Source: Escherichia phage vB_EcoS_AKFV33
Sequence record: NC_017969.1
Length of the DNA stretch: 64,000 bases
Direction: 5' to 3' (one strand)
Part shown: positions 19,021 through 28,747 of the stretch, one piece after another
Position numbering within the stretch: the stretch's first letter is position 1
Layout: every line of letters begins with the position of its first letter
Translations under genes and position numbers: made by a program
Notes under the pieces: generated by a model
The model's input: the letters and a program-made list of their open reading frames with translations, nothing else
Database searches by the model: none
What the model was told of the DNA's origin: nothing

Positions 19021-19444
19021 AGTTATTAATGGCCTCTAAGAAGTTTTTCATAGTTTTTACGGTTGCGGTGCTCAGATCAAGATTTACACCCAAACACTCG
19101 GTTAATGCTTCCTGATAAGGAGCCTTTAATCTGCCTTCCGGGACTTCTACCTTCTTATATTCTTTATTTTTGACCTTTTTAATCATAGTCTCTAGTACAA
19201 GAAGCGGTAATTTAGCACCTTCAATATCAGTACCCAAAAGTTCAGTTAAAATTTTATTAAGATCAAGACGAGTTAACTTTTTGCCCTTAGACATAGATGC
19301 ACCTACCTTTGTATCAATAGATTTTTCCGCTTTCTTTTCGAGCTTTTTGTACTCAGGAGAGTCATGATCACGGAGTGCAATGTTTAGCTCGTAATGTGGT
19401 ATACGAAAATGTTCCGCCATTTGAGTATAGAAACGATCAGACAT
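19013..19444 (-). CDS. hypothetical protein
   Basis: 143 aa ORF. Confidence 0.45.
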   Translation of the reverse strand: MSDRFYTQMAEHFRIPHYELNIALRDHDSPEYKKLEKKAEKSIDTKVGASMSKGKKLTRLDLNKILTELLGTDIEGAKLPLLVLETMIKKVKNKEYKKVEVPEGRLKAPYQEALTECLGVNLDLSTATVKTMKNFLEAINNYE

Positions 19445-19519
19445 AATATATACCTCTCTTAACTAATTTATGTATATATTATATAATAACTAGGGCTAAA
19501 AGTCAACTACTTTTTTATC

Positions 19520-19936
19520 TTAATCTACTGCATGTATAAATTTTTTCCTAACTAGATACATAGTTATTGGGTAAATTGAGTACATAAGTATCGGGGAGAA
19601 AAGGGTGAAATACGCTGTAACTCCCCCAGCTAACATCAAAGGTATTAATGCTAGAGTAAGGGCCATAAGAATCATACCGAATGAAACAGCCAAAGCTATG
19701 GATATAGGATTCTCTAGTTCCATCCATAACCAACAATATTTCGTATCTCTATGGCAATTGCATTTACAAACGCCGAATGAACCCATAATTGTATACTCTA
19801 GTCCGTGAATAACCTTTATTAATAAGCTATTTCGGGTAGTTAATGCAATGATAGTAAAGACTATCATTAAAACGAATACTACTAGACTTATTTTCCAGAT
19901 ACCTAGCAGCATCATAGTGAATAGTTCTGCAAACAT
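19520..19936 (-). CDS. integral membrane protein
   Basis: 138 aa, several TM segments. Confidence 0.45.
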   Translation of the reverse strand: MFAELFTMMLLGIWKISLVVFVLMIVFTIIALTTRNSLLIKVIHGLEYTIMGSFGVCKCNCHRDTKYCWLWMELENPISIALAVSFGMILMALTLALIPLMLAGGVTAYFTLFSPILMYSIYPITMYLVRKKFIHAVD

Positions 19937-20013
19937 GGCTTTCTCCTATCTTCAAAAATTATTAAAGCCCCCTTTGCCTAAAAAGGCGGGAGTATTCCCG
20001 CCTAAGTTATTAA

Positions 20014-20427
20014 TTAAACTAGTTCGACATGACCGCCATCATAGGTACCACGTTTTATTTCATCGTGATAGTCTCCCGAAGCATTCCAATCAGCACCAAA
20101 ACGAAGTTTAATGCCTAGTTCTTTACCTGCTTGTTCAAAAGCCTTTTTAACTGCCCAAAATGCTTCTAAGTCATTCCAATCAATTTTGCCATTAATGTAT
20201 GGAGCAAAATCAAGAGCATCCCCAGTAATATGCTTGCTTTTACTAGGATCTTTTAAAAATGAAGTGCCATTAGCAATATTCTGGGCACTTTGTGCTACTG
20301 TACGAATACCCTGTACGATCGTGAAATCATATGGAGATAATTCTAAAGCTCTACGAGCTACTTTTTGTAGCTCTGGCTTAACGGTAGCTAATTGTTTTTC
20401 GCTATTTTTACCAAATTTAAAACTCAT
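20014..20427 (-). CDS. lys: endolysin, L-alanyl-D-glutamate peptidase (M15 family)
   Basis: 137 aa; matches size and sequence character of T5 endolysin; immediately downstream of holin. Confidence 0.8.
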   Translation of the reverse strand: MSFKFGKNSEKQLATVKPELQKVARRALELSPYDFTIVQGIRTVAQSAQNIANGTSFLKDPSKSKHITGDALDFAPYINGKIDWNDLEAFWAVKKAFEQAGKELGIKLRFGADWNASGDYHDEIKRGTYDGGHVELV

Positions 20428-21080
20428 ATTGATCTACCTAAAGATCTCTGTTGTGGTGAACAGAGCTTTGTTAAATATTCCTTAAATTTCTCAGAATCGG
20501 CTGCATCTACAGGATTATCTTTCCAAGCAATACCAATATACCCAGCATAGATATTGTTTAGATTGAAATATGGACAAGTGTATATGTAATTAAAAGTAAC
20601 GTTCTTAAACGCAGGTATATTTAACCCCGTATATTTATTTACTCTTACACTTAAATCCGATGCGTAGTTAAAGCCCTCTAAGTGACGTCTGTATAGCTCA
20701 GACGTTTTATTTACTGCTTTATCGGCCAAGTCAGCCCTATCTAATTGCGCATTGCTTTCCCATGCAATAATGTTAGAATAATCATTAATGGCATCGGGTT
20801 TATACTTGACTACAAAAACAGCATCCGCACCCGTTTGAGAAAAGAGTACCATGCTCTTTTCTCTAGCTACATTAGGAAAGTTATCTATCCTTTGAGTTTG
20901 AACATCCTGTAGAACCGCAGACGTGGAGAAAGTCTTTAAGAATGACATCACCTCGCTAGTATTACTAACAAATAAGAAAATAATGACAGCAACTAAGATA
21001 GTTAGCAGACGTTTAAGAAGCGATGCTGGATCTTTCGCTTCTTGGAGCAGTACCGTTAATAATTGTAAGAACTTTTCCAA
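20424..21080 (-). CDS. hol: holin
   Basis: 218 aa with N-terminal TM segment; ATGA overlap with endolysin gene. Confidence 0.7.
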   Translation of the reverse strand: MEKFLQLLTVLLQEAKDPASLLKRLLTILVAVIIFLFVSNTSEVMSFLKTFSTSAVLQDVQTQRIDNFPNVAREKSMVLFSQTGADAVFVVKYKPDAINDYSNIIAWESNAQLDRADLADKAVNKTSELYRRHLEGFNYASDLSVRVNKYTGLNIPAFKNVTFNYIYTCPYFNLNNIYAGYIGIAWKDNPVDAADSEKFKEYLTKLCSPQQRSLGRSI

Positions 21081-21186
21081 TTGTAACCTCCTCTAACCAG
21101 TACCATTATACTAATTTTTGAGGAAAATTACAATGGGTTTTTAAAGATCACTTCTGGAGCACAAAATTTTGTCGTTGTCAAGAAGA

Positions 21187-21216
21187 ATTTTAGATAAAAG
21201 AAAAGCCAGGGTCGTT
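21187..21216 (-). terminator. rho-independent terminator
   Basis: hairpin GCCAGGG/CCCTGGC with U-run on minus strand, downstream of ClpP-like gene. Confidence 0.5.
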
Positions 21217-21236
21217 AAACCCTGGCTTAAAATTAC

Positions 21237-21833
21237 TTACTCTTCGTTGTGCTCCTCGGATTGAGGTAACTGGGCTTTATTATATTGCTCAGATCGATAT
21301 TTCGCCAAGATTTCAATACGCTTATGGATTTCCTTGCTATCTAGATAGATATTTTTGTTGTCTTTTACCATCTCGTCGATTTCATCTATTGAGAAAAATG
21401 GATAGTAGACATCTAGCATCATATCTTCTACAAACTTGTTGTAAGATTCATAGGCTTTCTTGATTTCCTGACCTTTCTCACAGAACCCACCAGAGAACGT
21501 GTGGCCCATTAGCGTAGCATGTGGATGTACTACCCATCCATGACAGGATAGAAAAATTGTGCAGTAAGCAGAAGCACTAGGACCAACCAGATGTCCTATA
21601 ACTGTTCCACGGCAATTAGCAATTAAGTTAGATAACTGTGCAGCAGTATCAACATAACCACCAGGGCCATTAATCATCAGATTAATTTCGTCGTCCTCAT
21701 TTGCTTGCATAAGTACCATTGATAAATCACGGTATTCATCCGGCGGGCCTAATTCTTCATCAAAGAAAAAGGTATACTCATTAGATTGGCGAATGGAGTG
21801 AAACAGGTTAGTCTTTTCTTCTTTTTTAGTCAT
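21237..21833 (-). CDS. ClpP-like protease subunit
   Basis: 198 aa; ClpP-fold-like sequence (GPGGY, GPSASAY); call from motif recognition only. Confidence 0.55.
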   Translation of the reverse strand: MTKKEEKTNLFHSIRQSNEYTFFFDEELGPPDEYRDLSMVLMQANEDDEINLMINGPGGYVDTAAQLSNLIANCRGTVIGHLVGPSASAYCTIFLSCHGWVVHPHATLMGHTFSGGFCEKGQEIKKAYESYNKFVEDMMLDVYYPFFSIDEIDEMVKDNKNIYLDSKEIHKRIEILAKYRSEQYNKAQLPQSEEHNEE

Positions 21834-21845
21834 AGCGATCCTTGA

Positions 21846-22598
21846 TTATCCAACTAGTGGTTCTAGCTCTAAGTCACAGAAGTTATAAACTTCTAGTTTA
21901 AGGTTATTGATACCATCGAATTTATTAACTAATTCGTGAGTAATATATTTTGCAGGAATACCACTTTCAGATGGATGATCTGATTTAATAGTGAACTTCT
22001 GCTCAGCTGGTACTACATTTACTATCAAAGAATCCATATCTAAATGGTTTGTTTCTCTGAGTAGCTCTCCTTCATTGGGGAATCTAACATCTGTTATTAC
22101 GGCGACATCTGGGTCGTCTTTAGCGATGGATTGCTCCAGAATTATGAGCCAAATGCGTTCATGCACCAGCTGCCTTCCTAGCTCTGTTCCTATGAGCTGT
22201 AACATTTTTCTCGGAGAAATAAATAAGCTATAAAGACCATCTTCTTTATTCTCTGAGATAAGTTGTTGAGGATTAAGATACTTTTCCTCAAAAATAGGCC
22301 AAACGTACGAGAAGTCTTCAAACTTATCGATACCGTACTTAAACCACACATCTCTGGCTCGCTCCAATTGAGATTGTGTGACCGTAAACCATTGGTCAAT
22401 CTCTTTTCCCCTGCGCTCTCCTAGAAACTCTGGAGTTACACCGAGGATTACGGATGCAAGTTCATAAACGGGCTTAGCAAAACTGTAACGACGTGATAAA
22501 CACGTTGGATACGTGTCATTACACCAATCGATAATTAATTTTGCAACGGTATCTTTTCCCGAACCAGCTTCACCATGTAAACCGACTAATACTGACAT
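21846..22598 (-). CDS. dnk: deoxynucleoside monophosphate kinase
   Basis: 250 aa; P-loop GEAGSGKDT. Confidence 0.7.
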   Translation of the reverse strand: MSVLVGLHGEAGSGKDTVAKLIIDWCNDTYPTCLSRRYSFAKPVYELASVILGVTPEFLGERRGKEIDQWFTVTQSQLERARDVWFKYGIDKFEDFSYVWPIFEEKYLNPQQLISENKEDGLYSLFISPRKMLQLIGTELGRQLVHERIWLIILEQSIAKDDPDVAVITDVRFPNEGELLRETNHLDMDSLIVNVVPAEQKFTIKSDHPSESGIPAKYITHELVNKFDGINNLKLEVYNFCDLELEPLVG

Positions 22599-22951
22599 TA
22601 ATCTTTCCTATTTGTAATGGGTGGATAGTAAACTAAGCAACGTTTTTCTTGTAAATCTTGACGATAGAAGCAAACCATACTTGTCAGTCGTGAAATATAT
22701 GAATATTCTGCCTCACGGCATTTTGCCAACATATTCCAATCTTTATATGGTACAACAACTACTACGCCATCTTCCCCATTTGTAGCTAATTTCTTTTCAA
22801 ACTTAAAGTCAAAGCTACAAGGTTGAAGTCCTTTAGGCCAATCTACATGAGCTGTTGGTAGCTCATGTGTGGGTTCTGACTCTATTTCTTGTGCACAGCC
22901 TGTGATTGTGATTGCGGCTGCGAGCAGTACTCCAAGTTTCCAGTTAAACAT
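22598..22951 (-). CDS. lipoprotein (outer-membrane spanin candidate)
   Basis: 117 aa; lipobox LAAAITITGC; 5' end overlaps 3' end of upstream i-spanin-like gene. Confidence 0.45.
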   Translation of the reverse strand: MFNWKLGVLLAAAITITGCAQEIESEPTHELPTAHVDWPKGLQPCSFDFKFEKKLATNGEDGVVVVVPYKDWNMLAKCREAEYSYISRLTSMVCFYRQDLQEKRCLVYYPPITNRKD

Positions 22952-23331
22952 GCTAATCTTTCCTCGAACTCTTTATTCTGCTTTTTAGCAATTAATGTTA
23001 CCAATCCAGGCTTTGCAGCGATAACATCTTGACGACTAAGAGCTTTATCTAGCTGCTTAATCTTTTTGTCTAGATCTGCTTGCGAAATATTATTCATTGT
23101 GAAATACTGGTTCATTCGAGTCTCACGAAGTTCGCTTTCAGCTTTCACCTTATTAAGGGAAGTCTCTAGAGAGGAAATCTTTTTAGTAGCTACCGCAAGA
23201 TCTCCCGCTAAAGTCTCTACTTTATCTACTAAGTGATAAGCACCTAACCCAATGCCTATCGCTAGACCTGCTCCCAGGATATACCACTTACCGTGCCATA
23301 TTCCTGAAAGAAGTTTTTGTATCAAATCCAT
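22882..23331 (-). CDS. inner-membrane spanin-like protein (N-terminal TM, coiled coil)
   Basis: 149 aa; architecture typical of Rz-like i-spanins. Confidence 0.45.
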   Translation of the reverse strand: MDLIQKLLSGIWHGKWYILGAGLAIGIGLGAYHLVDKVETLAGDLAVATKKISSLETSLNKVKAESELRETRMNQYFTMNNISQADLDKKIKQLDKALSRQDVIAAKPGLVTLIAKKQNKEFEERLACLTGNLEYCSQPQSQSQAVHKK

Positions 23332-23986
23332 GCGCTGCTAACCTATCTTTATCTGATACTTTAATCATATCAGGCTCACCAGTTCCTAGTACACCAAAGA
23401 TATACTGTTCGAGAACTTGGTGTAAACGGTATAAGTTACTTTCAATTTCCTGCCACGGAATACCTGACTGATGGAAACGAATGTTAGTCTGAATCACGAA
23501 GTTACGAACATCATCGTTATCGTTCTTTTTAATACCTTTCACATATGCAATCGGTACACGCAGTTCGGATAAGATACGTTCTGCTTTAGGTTTTGCTTCA
23601 GCGAGCAAATCACGCATTGTTTCACGAACATCTCCACGACTCTTATCCATTAAGTAAGAGCGAGCATGCAATCCCATCTCTTCCATTTTATCGAACATAG
23701 TGTCGAGGTTGAACGTTTTGAAGCTAAACGCTGGATGCCAGCAGTACAGCTCGTGTAACCAGTAAACTTCACCTGCAACAAATAGTGGGTTTACAAAATA
23801 TTCGAAATCACCACGAAAAGATAGCGAACCATCACGAAATACCTGGCGAGTATGCACAATGTTCTTTTCTGCATCATCGGTTACTTTAACCAGTAACTCC
23901 TCAGTTTTACGTTCCCACACACGATCTGGGTCGAACAAACTGTTCTGCAAATCATACACATCGGCGAACTTAGAAATAATCCTCAT
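23288..23986 (-). CDS. hypothetical protein
   Basis: 232 aa ORF; early promoter motif upstream. Confidence 0.5.
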   Translation of the reverse strand: MRIISKFADVYDLQNSLFDPDRVWERKTEELLVKVTDDAEKNIVHTRQVFRDGSLSFRGDFEYFVNPLFVAGEVYWLHELYCWHPAFSFKTFNLDTMFDKMEEMGLHARSYLMDKSRGDVRETMRDLLAEAKPKAERILSELRVPIAYVKGIKKNDNDDVRNFVIQTNIRFHQSGIPWQEIESNLYRLHQVLEQYIFGVLGTGEPDMIKVSDKDRLAAHGFDTKTSFRNMAR

Positions 23987-24061
23987 ATTTAATCCTCTTG
24001 CCTCAATCTATAAACATATTATACAAAAGTTTGGGCATCTAAGCAACTAAAATTTTATTAT

Positions 24062-24096
24062 AAAAATAGCCCAGTCGCAAAAGTGCAGGCTGGGCT
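24062..24096 (-). terminator. bidirectional terminator-like hairpin
   Basis: AGCCCAG/CTGGGCT stem flanked by A-run and T-run. Confidence 0.45.
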
Positions 24097-24140
24097 TTGT
24101 CATTATTTGCTTTTGCTAGTAAGTTGACTTAGTGTCAATC

Positions 24141-24521
24141 TTATGTAATATTAGTTTTTCTAGCTTTGTACAGTACCCCTGCATTTCTCCACAATTTGAT
24201 GTCAGCAACTGTTTCCTTATATGGAACAATGGTAGGACCAATTGGGCCAGCAACTAATAGTCCAAAGAACCCTACAATACGCATATAGAACAAACATTCT
24301 TTGGCTGTCATATTATTTACTGCTTTTTTCTGTCTTTCATCTTTAAACTTCTGTTCTTGATCATCAATACGCAGATACTTAACAAACCATTCAGCAGAAT
24401 ATTCATCCAAATGTCTAATAATAGCTATCGCATATCCAGCACCGATTAAAAACCAGGTTGTAACAAGAATTAGTAATATAGTCATATTATCTCCAGTTAG
24501 GGCTAGCAGCCACCTCACCAC
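24141..24521 (-). CDS. membrane protein
   Basis: 126 aa, TM segments. Confidence 0.45.
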   Translation of the reverse strand: MVRWLLALTGDNMTILLILVTTWFLIGAGYAIAIIRHLDEYSAEWFVKYLRIDDQEQKFKDERQKKAVNNMTAKECLFYMRIVGFFGLLVAGPIGPTIVPYKETVADIKLWRNAGVLYKARKTNIT

Positions 24522-24595
24522 TTACCGCACTAAGGGGCACGACTCCCTTATCCGTAACAGTTGCAGGTGACGCAACTCGGTCCTACGCGAGTTCT

Positions 24596-24880
24596 TTAGG
24601 TATTCTGCATTTCAGCTTTAAATTTTTTCATATTACGAGTTTTTCTATAAAAGAAGAATACAGATGCTGGGCCTAGCAGAATATCCACAATAAATATCAT
24701 AGATCTAGCACATCTGAGTAATGTTTTATCATCAAGAGGTGGCAGATCTAACTGTCGAGTTTTATGTATAACGTATAATATTACATCTTTATTCTTAGAA
24801 ATATACAGATCATCAACCAAGCTGTAAATAGCAACCACAGACCCAATGACGAACCAAAGAGCAAACGGAGAAATAATCAT
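24596..24880 (-). CDS. membrane protein
   Basis: 94 aa, TM segments. Confidence 0.4.
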   Translation of the reverse strand: MIISPFALWFVIGSVVAIYSLVDDLYISKNKDVILYVIHKTRQLDLPPLDDKTLLRCARSMIFIVDILLGPASVFFFYRKTRNMKKFKAEMQNT

Positions 24881-25173
24881 TTCAGATCCTTTTCATTAAT
24901 TAGAATATTAGTAAACAGTGGAGTAACTCCTAGACTCATAGTGGGTCCAAACGTATTCATGGCTACCCACAATTGCATAGTAATCATCCCATCTTTAATC
25001 TCTGGATCTTTATATTCTTCGATACGTTTCTTGGCAAAAGAAACTATGCCTGGATTATTTTTATTTTCCTGAATATAGTCATGCCAAAATTGGGTATTCT
25101 CACTACGTAGGAATGTTAAAACATCCTTAGTTGCTGGAATCTGCACTGTGCTATTGATGTTTAGTCTTTTCAC
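24877..25173 (-). CDS. hypothetical protein
   Basis: 98 aa ORF. Confidence 0.4.
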   Translation of the reverse strand: MKRLNINSTVQIPATKDVLTFLRSENTQFWHDYIQENKNNPGIVSFAKKRIEEYKDPEIKDGMITMQLWVAMNTFGPTMSLGVTPLFTNILINEKDLK

Positions 25174-25570
25174 GTTCTTCTCTCCTACGTTTACTTTCTT
25201 TCATCATATGAGCTGCTACAACTTCATGGTAGTAGTCATTAATGTTACCTTCTGGCAAGAAATGTTTAATAGTCTCTAACTGACAAATAACTCGATGGAG
25301 ATGGTTATTTGGTAGACACAATTTTATACCTGCGACAAATCCTGAGAAGCCTGGAACACTGAACATGGGTTGGGCCTCTACCCTACCTTCAGAGTTGATA
25401 TTAAGCTCAATTGAGATACCCATTTTCATGCTATAAAGCTGGCAATATTCTCCATTACCAGACCTTGACCAAACAGTAAAATCCTCATCAATTTGATCTT
25501 GGATTTCTGTAATTGCAAATTTAATTCTAGGGTCTAAATTATTCATCTTCACCTTCAAAGTCGCAATCAT
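25151..25570 (-). CDS. hypothetical protein
   Basis: 139 aa ORF. Confidence 0.45.
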   Translation of the reverse strand: MIATLKVKMNNLDPRIKFAITEIQDQIDEDFTVWSRSGNGEYCQLYSMKMGISIELNINSEGRVEAQPMFSVPGFSGFVAGIKLCLPNNHLHRVICQLETIKHFLPEGNINDYYHEVVAAHMMKESKRRREEREKTKHQ

Positions 25571-25841
25571 AACGACAAGTAAAAGAATCAGAACTATTAG
25601 TACGTTGAGTGGTTATTTCACCGCGTTTGCTAATAGTAACGGCTGGAGTAGAGAAATTTTTATTAGTATATATTTCTACTTTACCATTACGTTCCTTAAC
25701 ATCACGAACTTTACCATACTCGGTAATAATGCCGTTCTGTTGAACTTTAACATTACCATTTTTCATAGAAACTTTGGTAGATGCCAGAGAGCCGAAACTA
25801 ACTGCGGAGATCATCAGTGCAATAATAAACTTATTCATCTT
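25539..25841 (-). CDS. secreted/periplasmic protein
   Basis: track ORF trimmed to internal Met giving signal peptide MKMNKFIIALMISAVSFGSLAS. Confidence 0.4.
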   Translation of the reverse strand, partial: KMNKFIIALMISAVSFGSLASTKVSMKNGNVKVQQNGIITEYGKVRDVKERNGKVEIYTNKNFSTPAVTISKRGEITTQRTNSSDSFTCRYDCDFEGEDE

Positions 25842-26112
25842 CATCCTCCCCACTACAATCACGACATACATCATAATCATTGAAAGAGTGTTCGTGAGCT
25901 TCGCACCACCAAGAACAAGAATCGCAGAGGAACATTTCGGTTTTCTCAATTGCTTGGCCTAAAAGATCATCAGCTTCCTCAGCAGTAATCTTCAATCCGC
26001 ACACATCTGCCACACGTTCTTTAATTAAACGACCTGCTTCATGGTAAGACATACAGGTTCCAGCAACATCATGTTCAAGAACATGAATGGCACAGTCTAG
26101 GCGATTTTTCAT
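25831..26112 (-). CDS. Cys-rich hypothetical protein
   Basis: 93 aa; early promoter and SD upstream. Confidence 0.45.
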   Translation of the reverse strand: MKNRLDCAIHVLEHDVAGTCMSYHEAGRLIKERVADVCGLKITAEEADDLLGQAIEKTEMFLCDSCSWWCEAHEHSFNDYDVCRDCSGEDEDE

Positions 26113-26142
26113 TTCAAACCTCTCTCATCAATTTATAAATAT

Positions 26143-26172
26143 ATTATAGCAAGAAAAGAGAGGTTTAGCAAA
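26143..26172 (-). promoter_or_regulatory. sigma70-type early promoter (-35 TTTGCT, extended -10 TGCTATAAT)
   Basis: reverse complement shows TTTGCT-n17-TATAAT with A-tract upstream; member of a family repeated more than 20 times. Confidence 0.55.
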
Positions 26173-26188
26173 TGAATTATTTCAGAAT

Positions 26189-26536
26189 TTAGTCATAGCA
26201 CCACCATAATCCACGCTTACGCATGTCATGATCGCGATTATAGTCATAATTTTCTGGATCTTTCATCACGCGGTGGAGTTCTTGACGATTCCCTTGACGA
26301 ACCATTTTATTAGAATGCCACTTAACATTCTTACTAATAGAATTCCAGCTATAACCATCCTTTTTCTCATTACGAATGGTTGCTTCCTTCATTTCCTGTT
26401 CTACATCATCCCAGGATTTAGCATAAATAACACGAATCCAGTAGCCATTTTCTTTGAGGAAAGAATATTCTTGAGAGAATTGTTCTTTAGATTTCCACCA
26501 CTGATCACCAGATTGTTTACGATAAGTACGGCTCAT
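26189..26536 (-). CDS. hypothetical protein
   Basis: 115 aa ORF. Confidence 0.45.
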   Translation of the reverse strand: MSRTYRKQSGDQWWKSKEQFSQEYSFLKENGYWIRVIYAKSWDDVEQEMKEATIRNEKKDGYSWNSISKNVKWHSNKMVRQGNRQELHRVMKDPENYDYNRDHDMRKRGLWWCYD

Positions 26537-26613
26537 ATTACCTCCATTAAGTCTTTTAAATTAACCTAATGTGGATGAATTTTATTATACATATATTATG
26601 TACCTTTATACAG

Positions 26614-26646
26614 AAAAACCCCAGACTACTTATTCAATAGCTGGGG
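26614..26646 (-). terminator. rho-independent terminator
   Basis: CCCCAG/CTGGGG hairpin with U-run on minus strand. Confidence 0.45.
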
Positions 26647-26657
26647 TTTGTTATTAA

Positions 26658-26972
26658 TTACAGATCGGGGCGTTCATCTTCGAAACAGCCTGAGCTGATT
26701 CCTTCTCCGAATCCTACAAAGCCATCAAATTCATCATTTGAGGTGCTCATAATCATTGCTTCCATTTTCCGGATCTCCGAGGTTTTCATGCCTGCTTTAC
26801 TATTCTTATAGTACTTGTGAGGGTTCCCACACATCCAACAAGAACAGATGCAAGGAGTAGTAGTGATGATACCTAACCGCTTAGGGCTTTCTTCATGTGG
26901 AAAGACTGTCCAGTACTTCTTGCGGTTGTTCTTCACACGTTGCCGGTGATGACGTCTTAATGCTCGATCCAC
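26658..26972 (-). CDS. Cys-rich hypothetical protein
   Basis: 104 aa; CICSCWMCGNPH cluster. Confidence 0.45.
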   Translation of the reverse strand: MDRALRRHHRQRVKNNRKKYWTVFPHEESPKRLGIITTTPCICSCWMCGNPHKYYKNSKAGMKTSEIRKMEAMIMSTSNDEFDGFVGFGEGISSGCFEDERPDL

Positions 26973-27053
26973 ACATTTCTCCTAAAACTTGGGAGATAAA
27001 CGGAGTTTGCTCGACTACCTTGCGTAGCTGGGAGAAATCGTATCCAAACCCCA

Positions 27054-27422
27054 TTACATCGCCTGAGTAAATGTACGACTAATAACGTCGTTCTGTTGTT
27101 CACGAGTCAGTGCATTAAATCGAACAGCGTAGCCAGAGACACGGATGGTCAACTGAGGATATTTTTCAGGATGTTTCTGCGCATCCAAAAGCTGGTCACG
27201 GCTTAATACATTAACATTTAGGTGCTGACCACCTTCGATTTGAGGGGCGATTTCCACTTTGACCTCACGGAAGGCTTCGGGATCGAATTGTGGTGTGATA
27301 CCTTCTAGATCTTCAACTAGAACTTTCTGTTTAAGTTCACCGTTATCGGAGTATAGCTGAATGATCTGATTTTCATGAACGAGGTTGATTACGCCAGATT
27401 TAAGATTTTGATAAGCTTTCAT
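27054..27422 (-). CDS. grcA: autonomous glycyl-radical cofactor protein (GrcA/YfiD-like)
   Basis: 122 aa; C-terminal [31 protein letters not shown] glycyl-radical signature. Confidence 0.7.
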   Translation of the reverse strand: MKAYQNLKSGVINLVHENQIIQLYSDNGELKQKVLVEDLEGITPQFDPEAFREVKVEIAPQIEGGQHLNVNVLSRDQLLDAQKHPEKYPQLTIRVSGYAVRFNALTREQQNDVISRTFTQAM

Positions 27423-27607
27423 TAGATCTCCCTGATGTTAGAATTTGGCTCAGCTTTTTGTTAACCCAGAAGCAAGATAAAAACTGGAAGGCAGGCTGTT
27501 TATTAAGTGAATACCCGATAATCGCTCGTAGTCCGGCTTGTGGATTGATAGTCCCATTCAGCTTAATAAACATAGAGATCAGGCACAAAGGCCTGATATT
27601 TTATTCT

Positions 27608-27802
27608 TTATACTTTTCCATAGTATACGGAAACTGTCTTACCAGTTTGGTTCATGACATATGCTACTTCATCTTCTTTTAAAAAGATGGCTTGGTCTAC
27701 TCCAACTATAGCCAATCTTTTATTTCTAGGATTAAAGCTTACACTTTTTCCTGTATGAATCTGCTCCCCATTCTTGGCTGACATTATTTTAATTGTTAAC
27801 AT
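27608..27802 (-). CDS. hypothetical protein
   Basis: 64 aa ORF. Confidence 0.4.
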   Translation of the reverse strand: MLTIKIMSAKNGEQIHTGKSVSFNPRNKRLAIVGVDQAIFLKEDEVAYVMNQTGKTVSVYYGKV

Positions 27803-27839
27803 AGCTGCTCCTAAATTTAGCTATCTCTAGCTATTTTAA

Positions 27840-27915
27840 TGGTAATTAGTAGTGGATTTGAACCACTGTAGTCGCTCCGTATGAAGGAGGTGCATAACCA
27901 CTCTGCCAACTAACT
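27840..27915 (-). tRNA. tRNA-Met or Ile2 (anticodon CAT)
   Basis: hand-folded cloverleaf; T-arm AGTGG-TTCAAAT-CCACT; anticodon loop TTCATAC; CCA encoded. Confidence 0.7.
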
Positions 27916-28011
27916 GTTATGTTTTACTAGACTAAGTAAGTATTCTTTATACTCTTTAGACCAATTAGCTTTTTTAAACTTTCCTGGACGCATAGTCTTA
28001 ATTCCTAAATT

Positions 28012-28088
28012 TGGTACTCCGGGAGGGATTTAAACCCCCGATCTCTCGGTTATCAGCCGAGTGCTTTAGATCGCTAAGCTACCGAAGC
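28012..28088 (-). tRNA. tRNA-Ile (anticodon GAT)
   Basis: anticodon stem CTCGG/CCGAG, loop CTGATAA; CCA encoded. Confidence 0.75.
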
Positions 28089-28089
28089 A

Positions 28090-28317
28090 TTAACATTTCA
28101 CAGCAGAACGTTTGCCATTTCTAGGTGCACCTGGAAGTCGTGCACGTTCTGCCATTCTTCGCTTAATCTTTGAGATATTTTCTAGTGTTTGTTCTTCAGG
28201 CTTAATACCTGAAACACTACACCACTGATTACCGTCCCATGCGGTAATGATCATAACACCATTACTCATGATCTTTTCTGTAAAAGTAATCCTCATTATA
28301 GCAACTCGTCTAAGCAA
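28090..28317 (-). CDS. hypothetical protein
   Basis: 75 aa ORF. Confidence 0.4.
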   Translation of the reverse strand: MLRRVAIMRITFTEKIMSNGVMIITAWDGNQWCSVSGIKPEEQTLENISKIKRRMAERARLPGAPRNGKRSAVKC

Positions 28318-28589
28318 GAGGTATATTTAAGTTTACCATCTTTATCTACTTTGATTTCGACTTCCGCCCGTGGTACTTGACGAACTACACCATGAATCAT
28401 CTTATAGCGAATGCCTTTAGCTAATTCATGATCTTTTGGAAAGACTTGCTTAACCGTTACTACCTTGTACCCATCACGCGGTGTTAATACAACTACTTGA
28501 TCACCTTCTTTGATTTTCCAAGAGCCAGGAAATTCGTAAGTATAGCGTTGACCACCAGTTTGGAACACAACAGAAAGATAACGTTTCAT
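28296..28589 (-). CDS. hypothetical protein
   Basis: 97 aa ORF; early promoter upstream. Confidence 0.45.
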   Translation of the reverse strand: MKRYLSVVFQTGGQRYTYEFPGSWKIKEGDQVVVLTPRDGYKVVTVKQVFPKDHELAKGIRYKMIHGVVRQVPRAEVEIKVDKDGKLKYTSCLDELL

Positions 28590-28619
28590 TTGGCTTCCCT
28601 CTCATTAATTTATATAAAT

Positions 28620-28649
28620 ATTATAACAATAAATAAGAGAGAAAGCAAA
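28620..28649 (-). promoter_or_regulatory. sigma70-type early promoter
   Basis: conserved ATTATAACA..AGCAAA (reverse complement TTTGCT-n17-TATAAT). Confidence 0.5.
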
Positions 28650-28663
28650 TGAATTTTTAAATT

Positions 28664-28738
28664 TGGTGCTCCCACCAGGAATCGAACCCGGTTCAGATGC
28701 TTACAAGGCAACTGCATCGCCAACAATGCTTTAGGAGC
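28664..28738 (-). tRNA. tRNA-Thr (anticodon TGT)
   Basis: T-arm with TTCGATT loop; anticodon loop CTTGTAA; CCA encoded. Confidence 0.7.
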
Positions 28739-28747
28739 GATAGCCCG

